Translations under genes and position numbers: made by a program
Shown: piece by piece, positions 57,644 to 64,000 of the stretch
Position numbering within the stretch: the first letter of the stretch is position 1
How the letters are laid out: each line of letters starts with the position of its first letter
The notes under the pieces: generated by a model
Told to the model about the DNA's origin: nothing
What the model saw: the letters and a program-made list of their open reading frames with translations, nothing else
Databases searched by the model: none
Sequence record: MT446416.1
Reading direction: 5' to 3' (one strand)
Length of the DNA stretch: 64,000 bases
Origin: Escherichia virus TH47

Positions 57644-58057
57644 TTACATGTATACCTTTTTCAAATCCTTGGAACAACGGTCAAAAATTGTTTTGATGAA
57701 TTCGACATCCTCTTTGATATTGGAGTCTATAGCATCATTCTCGTTTCTTGTCGTGTTCCTGTATTTGTGTTCAGGGTGATTGTATACCACCTTGACTACA
57801 TTATTTAGGTCTACAAAAAATGACGATTTTTGCGTATAGGAAGCCTGAAGCTTAATGAGTTTACCATCGTTTTGTAGATTAGTCTTGTGAATTAGTTCTT
57901 CAATACCATCTAAATGGCTATAGCTATCCTGTTCTTTGACGAATGTAACAGTTACCAGTACTGACTTCTCATCTCCAAAGTCAGAGATATTTTTAACAGC
58001 ACTGATGATTTCTAAGTTTGAAAAATCTAATTCTTTTAGCATTACAAGTATTTCCAT
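57644..58057 (-). CDS. hypothetical protein
   Basis: 137-aa ORF. Confidence 0.45.
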   Translation of the reverse strand: MEILVMLKELDFSNLEIISAVKNISDFGDEKSVLVTVTFVKEQDSYSHLDGIEELIHKTNLQNDGKLIKLQASYTQKSSFFVDLNNVVKVVYNHPEHKYRNTTRNENDAIDSNIKEDVEFIKTIFDRCSKDLKKVYM

Positions 58058-58398
58058 AAAGTTCGATAAGTGATAATTTCTTCTCTGGTAACAGAAACTT
58101 CATAGCACTTAACACCATCAGTTTCATTTCTGAATGGTTCTGCTGGTCTATCTTCTGTTAAACCTCGTTCATACGTACAATGATAATATTTGTTCGTGTT
58201 CATGTCAAGAAAAACTAGATCAAATTCTTCTGTCCATCGTCTATGCCCTTTACTTTCATTACTAATGATTTTGTACTTAACATCTGGATTGAATGATTCA
58301 GTACTGTCATCCCATGTACCATAGTCAGTATATTCATCATCTTCATCTAACTCTGCCAGATGCCACATTAACTGCGGTAAAAAGATTTTAGATTTCAT
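58042..58398 (-). CDS. hypothetical protein
   Basis: 118-aa ORF. Confidence 0.45.
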   Translation of the reverse strand: MKSKIFLPQLMWHLAELDEDDEYTDYGTWDDSTESFNPDVKYKIISNESKGHRRWTEEFDLVFLDMNTNKYYHCTYERGLTEDRPAEPFRNETDGVKCYEVSVTREEIITYRTLWKYL

Positions 58399-58452
58399 TT
58401 ATTTTCTCCAAAAAAATAGGGACTCGATTTCTCAAGTCCCTATCATAACACA

Positions 58453-59064
58453 TTAATTGTGATTATTCAATTTCTTTTGTTCTTTTTTTAGAGCTTTCAT
58501 ATGTCGTCCAAAATCACGGACATGCCATATATGGTCGGTTTCCCATAGTTCTGTACGTAAACGGCGTTCTTCCAATTCTTCTGGAGTAGGAATTTTAGAT
58601 TTCTTCTTATCTTTATTGAAAAAATCATTCATATGTTCTTCCAGTAGATTTCTACCCTTAACTTTTTCCAGGAATTCATCTACTGATTCAGTTTTATTAG
58701 AACGAAGACTGTTACAACGTGAACACATTGTGTTGTAATTTGACTCTAAATCAGGTCCACCCTTAGATGCTAGTTGGTTATTATCTACTGTCATCAGTAC
58801 TTCATATAGACCACAAACTGCATAGACATTTAAGTGAGGTTTACCATATACCGGATCTGTGCTATGTGAACGCTCAATGCGAACTTCAGTAGCTTCAATG
58901 CCACACGCAACGCATTTGCAATTCTTAACGAATGTCAGTACTTTTTGTGGGAAGTATCGGAAAGTAACACCGTTATATGTATAGCGTTTCATCTGTGTAC
59001 TTCTTTGATTTAACTCATTAAGAAGTGATAGTTTGGCAACATAGTAGACCTGATATTTTGACAT
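58453..59064 (-). CDS. Cys-rich zinc-finger protein, possibly HNH-like
   Basis: CKCVAC...H...CSRCNSLRSNK; canonical HNH histidines not all present. Confidence 0.35.
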   Translation of the reverse strand: MSKYQVYYVAKLSLLNELNQRSTQMKRYTYNGVTFRYFPQKVLTFVKNCKCVACGIEATEVRIERSHSTDPVYGKPHLNVYAVCGLYEVLMTVDNNQLASKGGPDLESNYNTMCSRCNSLRSNKTESVDEFLEKVKGRNLLEEHMNDFFNKDKKKSKIPTPEELEERRLRTELWETDHIWHVRDFGRHMKALKKEQKKLNNHN

Positions 59065-59066
59065 TT

Positions 59067-59381
59067 TTAATCCTCGGATTTAATTTTAACCTTAACATCT
59101 TGATTTTGTAAATCACGAATAGTTTTAATTAATGCATCATGTTTTAGTGCACAGTCATTGTACATTGCATCCCATTTTGCAAGTACTGCAAGAATTTCAG
59201 CACCATCATATCCTCTGAACCCGTTTTTATCGACCATGATCTTACTTGGTAGTGGTGTGTTTTCATCACAACGTTCAAGTAAGATTTCTTGTTCTACAAT
59301 TGGCTTAGGTTGATACTTAATTTCTTCAGCACAACCACTAATTAATAGAAAAGAAATTGCAAATACTAAAGCGTATTTCAT
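59067..59381 (-). CDS. outer-membrane lipoprotein, o-spanin candidate
   Basis: Signal peptide with lipobox LISGC; 4-nt overlap with upstream i-spanin candidate. Confidence 0.5.
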   Translation of the reverse strand: MKYALVFAISFLLISGCAEEIKYQPKPIVEQEILLERCDENTPLPSKIMVDKNGFRGYDGAEILAVLAKWDAMYNDCALKHDALIKTIRDLQNQDVKVKIKSED

Positions 59382-59752
59382 TTGAATTTATTCCTCGCTG
59401 CAAGGGAATTCTGTTTAAGTTCATTCAGAAGTTTAACGCCATCTTCATCTAGACATACGTTTTTGTAAACTTCTCTTTCTACTATAATAGGCACTTGTGT
59501 CTCGATAACTTTAGCATTATCTTGCATTATCTTTTTGGTTTCGATATAGTTTTTTGCATTTTCTTGCTGCATCTTAGCGAGTGCAGAATCAACTTTCTTT
59601 TCTATTTTTTGGTCAATACTTTCTTTATAACCAGTATAATAAGTATTTGCTGACCATCCACCATAAACACAACCTGCCATTACTCCTACTACCAAAATTG
59701 GTTTCCAATATGGTATTAAAACTTTTGAAACAATAATTTCTAGTACACTCAT
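59378..59752 (-). CDS. i-spanin candidate (N-terminal TM plus periplasmic coiled coil)
   Basis: TM ILVVGVMAGCVYGGW followed by charged helical region. Confidence 0.5.
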   Translation of the reverse strand: MSVLEIIVSKVLIPYWKPILVVGVMAGCVYGGWSANTYYTGYKESIDQKIEKKVDSALAKMQQENAKNYIETKKIMQDNAKVIETQVPIIVEREVYKNVCLDEDGVKLLNELKQNSLAARNKFK

Positions 59753-59805
59753 AATAACATCTCCTATAGTTGGTAATATTATTTAGAGTGTACTATATTA
59801 TATGT

Positions 59806-60222
59806 TTACAACATTTTTTGAATATGATCTACGAGTTTACATAGCATTGTATCATTATCTTCGTACTTTTGATCAACTTCAACTTTGAATTCTTCTTCAA
59901 GTTCCATGATCATTTCAATCCAGTCAAGCCAATCGAATTTAAATTTATCTTCAATTTCCCATTTCTTAAGATGGAAGTTCATTGATACATCTTTCTCTGA
60001 TGCATTTTTGTCGCGACTTGTAATGAATTTGACAATTGCTTTTTCAACGTCAGTTAGTTCACGTGTGCGATATTCTGGATCAAGATACCATTCGCCATTA
60101 TTGATAGCTTCCAACGAAAGTCTAAGTTCATGCATTAGTTTATAACGATCAGTACTTTTCTGGATGCGGTTAACTTCGCGATTCAGTACACGTAGTGCGT
60201 CTTTGATTTGTTCGTTTAGCAT
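59806..60222 (-). CDS. hypothetical protein
   Basis: Start at ATG 60222 (AAGAGGA SD) to avoid overlap with upstream gene. Confidence 0.4.
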   Translation of the reverse strand: MLNEQIKDALRVLNREVNRIQKSTDRYKLMHELRLSLEAINNGEWYLDPEYRTRELTDVEKAIVKFITSRDKNASEKDVSMNFHLKKWEIEDKFKFDWLDWIEMIMELEEEFKVEVDQKYEDNDTMLCKLVDHIQKML

Positions 60223-60232
60223 AACAATCCTC

Positions 60233-62509
60233 TTATTTTTTACTGTACCATTGCATTTCACGGATATCTAATAGTACCTTCGTAGCCAACTTTATGTTTG
60301 GTCGCTTCGGTAGATGGGTTTTATGATACGCCACATTTCGGATGTAGTCAACCTTTTCGTTGAAATAATCCATAACTTCTTGATACAACCACTTCCCGTT
60401 ACGAATGTCCATCAACATAGCAGCATCTGGTCGGTGAACTTGGATGATGCCAGTTTCAAGTGCTTCCTCGGCTGTATTCAGCAGCCTGATTGTATGCATA
60501 GCATGTTTGCAATTTCCATGTAATGCGGTTTTTCCATTTCTACGAGTAATGAGTGTTCCGTTGGGAACAGAAAAACACACAGTTCTGTAATTAGTAACTG
60601 GAATTTTTTCAAGATTTTGTTTCATGTTCATTTTTTCGGTTTTGGGTTTCATATTGATATGAATTTGATATATATCAACACTACCAAAATTGGTTTCGTT
60701 TGTGTATGGTCCCCATTTTGATGTTTCATAACCACATAGCAATGCTAGTTTTTGAACATCATCAGCTAATAATGAATTGGTAGTATAATATACAAATGTA
60801 TCATTGTCATTAACTAAATTTCGTTTTGTTCCATCACCTTGTAACAAACCTTTCAGAAGGAAATCCATTTTACGTTTTGTTAAATCAAATACCCAATTTG
60901 GAATTCGTTTATTATATGAACCATGTCCACAATCATTATATAATGCTTCAGCTACTTCACTTGGGAATGTATATCTTGATTCGTCATTAGCTTGATAATC
61001 TTTCTTTTCTATAATGTATTCATTAAACATTAATTGACCAGATTTTTTGTATTTTGATAAAGCACAACGCATACCTTGACTAGTTTTTGACTGGGAAATA
61101 TATAAAGATTTTACTTTACCATCCCTGAAATTTATGCACCCATCTGAAATAAACCATCCCATGAGTTGAAGATAAACTTTGATATCCATGTAGTCAATTG
61201 GACTTTTTTTATCTTTGTGTTCTTTAGTTATTGGGGATATTGTATTCAAAATTTTATATGTTTCTTTTAATTGTGCTGCTTCTACAAATTTCCAATCAGA
61301 CATATCTTTTTGTTGATTTCGTGCATAATCCTTAACATACATTCGGTGGTTAGCAGTCACTAAAGTATCTTGGTGATGACCAGTGAAATGGTATAGATTG
61401 CCATTATATAAATTATCAAAACGTTCAGTGTATTTCTGATATTCAACTTTGTGATTTTTGTCAAAAGTAGCTAATAGATCGTTTTCAGTAATATCATCAA
61501 ATAACTTCCAACCATCTTTAGTTAAGAATTCAGTATCAAAACTATAACAGTCATAACCGTGGTGTGATTCAAGAATAGCACGTTTGGCATTACGGTTCTG
61601 CTTCCATTTGTGATAACTCTTACGGTTCTCACTATTTTCTTTGTATTCCTTTTCATTGAATTTTACAATGAGTTCAGGACGAACTTTTAATTCTTCCGAA
61701 GTACGTTCTTTATTGAAGTAACGTAGTGAACCATCAGCATTCACTGTACTTTCATTCGGGTTGATAATTACCCCAAAGATGTTTTCACCGTAATGGATTA
61801 GTTCATATCCAGAATTGTAATTCAATAAATTGAAATCACGATCTAATACTTTGTCAGTACTATAATTATGTACTAAACGTACAAAATGATATTGTTTCAA
61901 TGCTTGTGTTGAAACTAATTGTAATGAAGTATCACGCATGTATTTTTCGAAATCAATTTTTGTAGCATTGAATGGGTGAAGATTGGATTTATTCAAACGG
62001 TCAACCAAATACTGCGGGAATGTATCATACATCCATGAAAGTACTTCGTCAACTGGATGTTCTTCTAAAATTTCATTTAGTTTACGTTCAGCAATTCGTT
62101 CCTTATCGAGCCATCCGTGGTGATTCGACATACGCTTAACCTGATTGTATGCATAACCACTGTATGAATGAGCAATCTTTGAACTCAATAATTGCTGATT
62201 GAATGAGCGTAGATAGTCATAGATTTCAGTACTTTCTACGATGTGTTCCGGTTTAACCCATAGTGATTCAAGAATGTTTGGGTTAGCTTCTGTATAAAGA
62301 CTTAAGTACTGATTGACTTCATAAAATTTAGTATCTTCTTCAGAAGGATCTGAAACTTCCTTAACATTAAAAAAAGGAGTTAGGATAAATTCTTTGTTTG
62401 CAAGGAAGATACCACGATAATCGGTATCACTTTCTGGTGTGCTTGTGCCATACGCCTGTGAACCCGCTAAGTGTTTAACAATTGTTTGTTCTAGAAAATT
62501 GTTTTTCAT
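60233..62509 (-). CDS. Pol-beta-superfamily nucleotidyltransferase-like protein interrupted by an intein
   Basis: N-terminal GS-x9-SDTD nucleotidyltransferase signature; 346-aa insertion with intein and LAGLIDADG motifs; ATGA coupling with upstream gene. Confidence 0.65.
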   Translation of the reverse strand: MKNNFLEQTIVKHLAGSQAYGTSTPESDTDYRGIFLANKEFILTPFFNVKEVSDPSEEDTKFYEVNQYLSLYTEANPNILESLWVKPEHIVESTEIYDYLRSFNQQLLSSKIAHSYSGYAYNQVKRMSNHHGWLDKERIAERKLNEILEEHPVDEVLSWMYDTFPQYLVDRLNKSNLHPFNATKIDFEKYMRDTSLQLVSTQALKQYHFVRLVHNYSTDKVLDRDFNLLNYNSGYELIHYGENIFGVIINPNESTVNADGSLRYFNKERTSEELKVRPELIVKFNEKEYKENSENRKSYHKWKQNRNAKRAILESHHGYDCYSFDTEFLTKDGWKLFDDITENDLLATFDKNHKVEYQKYTERFDNLYNGNLYHFTGHHQDTLVTANHRMYVKDYARNQQKDMSDWKFVEAAQLKETYKILNTISPITKEHKDKKSPIDYMDIKVYLQLMGWFISDGCINFRDGKVKSLYISQSKTSQGMRCALSKYKKSGQLMFNEYIIEKKDYQANDESRYTFPSEVAEALYNDCGHGSYNKRIPNWVFDLTKRKMDFLLKGLLQGDGTKRNLVNDNDTFVYYTTNSLLADDVQKLALLCGYETSKWGPYTNETNFGSVDIYQIHINMKPKTEKMNMKQNLEKIPVTNYRTVCFSVPNGTLITRRNGKTALHGNCKHAMHTIRLLNTAEEALETGIIQVHRPDAAMLMDIRNGKWLYQEVMDYFNEKVDYIRNVAYHKTHLPKRPNIKLATKVLLDIREMQWYSKK
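60512..61549 (-). mobile_element. intein with LAGLIDADG homing endonuclease (346 aa)
   Basis: Starts CYSFDTEFLT (block A), block B TANH, LAGLIDADG motifs LMGWFISDG and LLQGDG, ends HGN before Cys +1; codons checked against DNA. Confidence 0.7.
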
Positions 62510-62907
62510 AAGTAAATCGTTAACTCCTTTAGAAAACCATTATAGTATCGTTTAAAATCATGATCCAGTACTTGGTAGTCATTGTAACTAAAACCTAGAT
62601 TTATAATAGTATCTTCTTGGAAGAATTTCTCTTCATTCATTACTTCGATAGGTTCATATACTTTTCCACCTTTATATACTTTAGTAAAGAACATACCATC
62701 ATTGTTAATTTCAACGTACATGAAATTATTTTCTGGATCTCGTGGACACACAATGTTTAATGAACTGGTTCCGTTGTTATTATATTCGTATGAGATAATA
62801 TCAAAAGAATCGATACCATAACACTTGGACTTTTCTTTGTCACCAAAGACTTTTCTATCTGTACTCATATTGCGTATAGTACTATAGATATCATCAACTG
62901 TAGTCAT
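62506..62907 (-). CDS. hypothetical protein
   Basis: 133-aa ORF. Confidence 0.45.
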   Translation of the reverse strand: MTTVDDIYSTIRNMSTDRKVFGDKEKSKCYGIDSFDIISYEYNNNGTSSLNIVCPRDPENNFMYVEINNDGMFFTKVYKGGKVYEPIEVMNEEKFFQEDTIINLGFSYNDYQVLDHDFKRYYNGFLKELTIYL

Positions 62908-62909
62908 AA

Positions 62910-63419
62910 TTAACCACCGTACTTTGACTTGTATGTTTCTAATGATAAAGAAATACGATTTTGCTTTTTAATTCTTTCATCAATATCCTTTGAATTCTTC
63001 ACACTTCTGTATACATCAGCTAATAAATTATAATCTTCTTTATTTGAACTATGCGGTGACCAACCTATATCTGTTTTGATTCGAACATATGCTTTATTTG
63101 ATGTGAAATAAAAACTGAATCCGTTGGACCCATCAAAAATATCATAAGTATCTACCCAATCGCCATAAGGGAAACTCATTGGTACTGACTCGTGATCAAT
63201 AGTGATATCCGATAAATTTTTAGAACAGTACTTTGCAAAGTGATATACAATCGGATCGCATTTTGATAATTCATATTTGTATTCAATGATAGATTTTCTA
63301 TTAGTATCATTGATGGCATATTCTTTCATCAAAGGACTTTTTTTGATGATAAGAGTCCACAGAAACGATTCTAATCCAGTTTCATCAACTTTTTCTTTCT
63401 TTTTGAAAAATGAAATCAT
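62910..63419 (-). CDS. hypothetical protein, weak paralog of next gene
   Basis: 169-aa ORF; shares E.KY.LSK pattern with 63416-63937. Confidence 0.45.
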   Translation of the reverse strand: MISFFKKKEKVDETGLESFLWTLIIKKSPLMKEYAINDTNRKSIIEYKYELSKCDPIVYHFAKYCSKNLSDITIDHESVPMSFPYGDWVDTYDIFDGSNGFSFYFTSNKAYVRIKTDIGWSPHSSNKEDYNLLADVYRSVKNSKDIDERIKKQNRISLSLETYKSKYGG

Positions 63420-63937
63420 TTATATAAACCCTTAATTTTCTGTCTATTATGTATATCATTTTGCTGAATTTTCAAATTAGTAAGATTGTGTCTTACACCT
63501 TCAACACCACGCATTATTTGTAACATAATTAGTGATTCATCATAGGTTAGCACATTGCTATTATTATCGATATACACCTTCACTCCACTTTCAAGATAAT
63601 CATTTTCTTTGGAGTTGAAGTTTCTAATAGCAAACTTGACTCCATTTGTTGTATCCGTGAATACATATCGTTCAGCACCGTAGAATGTTCTACCACGAAA
63701 TAAACTGCCGTCTTCCCACTTCCAACGACTGGAATCATAATCATTAACGTAATCAATGATTAATGGTAGCAAAGGGTGTTTGCTCAATTTATATTTTGCT
63801 TCTAACAGAACACGACGATCTTGATCTGTATTGATACTATCTTTAAGTGAAAAACTTTTTGATATAATTTTAAAGATAATTTCATGCCAAATTAAAGTAC
63901 TGTTTTGTTTTCCAACTGGGCCAAAAAACATATTCAT
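63416..63937 (-). CDS. hypothetical protein
   Basis: 173-aa ORF. Confidence 0.45.
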   Translation of the reverse strand: MNMFFGPVGKQNSTLIWHEIIFKIISKSFSLKDSINTDQDRRVLLEAKYKLSKHPLLPLIIDYVNDYDSSRWKWEDGSLFRGRTFYGAERYVFTDTTNGVKFAIRNFNSKENDYLESGVKVYIDNNSNVLTYDESLIMLQIMRGVEGVRHNLTNLKIQQNDIHNRQKIKGLYK

Positions 63938-64000
63938 TCCTCATTAATATAAATCAGTAATGTCTTTGTATGCATTAAACTGTAACAGTTTAATGCATAC

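Overview
This window reads as a contiguous segment of a large, AT-rich virulent myovirus genome (T4-superfamily-like or jumbo-phage-like); no integrase or repressor is visible. Everything below is inferred by eye from the sequence and the ORF track, with no database search or folding run. Contents: (i) a plus-strand tail-fibre cluster (collagen-like fibre, pectate-lyase-like tailspike, two fibres sharing an identical N-terminus, a 1652-aa repetitive fibre); (ii) a minus-strand block with tail sheath and two putative tube paralogs; (iii) nucleotide-metabolism genes (thyA, tdk, dNMP kinase, glutaredoxin, two Nudix); (iv) candidate host-takeover or anti-defence genes (ClpA-like unfoldase, MoxR-like ATPase plus VWA protein, macro-domain-like protein, 2H phosphoesterase, CCA-adding enzyme, HPF-like factor); (v) lysis genes (endolysin, spanin pair); (vi) selfish elements (an intein with LAGLIDADG endonuclease, two homing-endonuclease-like genes). 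Two sigma70-type promoter families (TTGACA or GGGACA, 16-nt spacer, TGATATAAT) and a T4-late-like TAAATA motif recur, with many hairpin terminators. The most unusual locus is a promoter-to-terminator unit of about 515 nt with no ORF (56954-57643), a candidate structured ncRNA.
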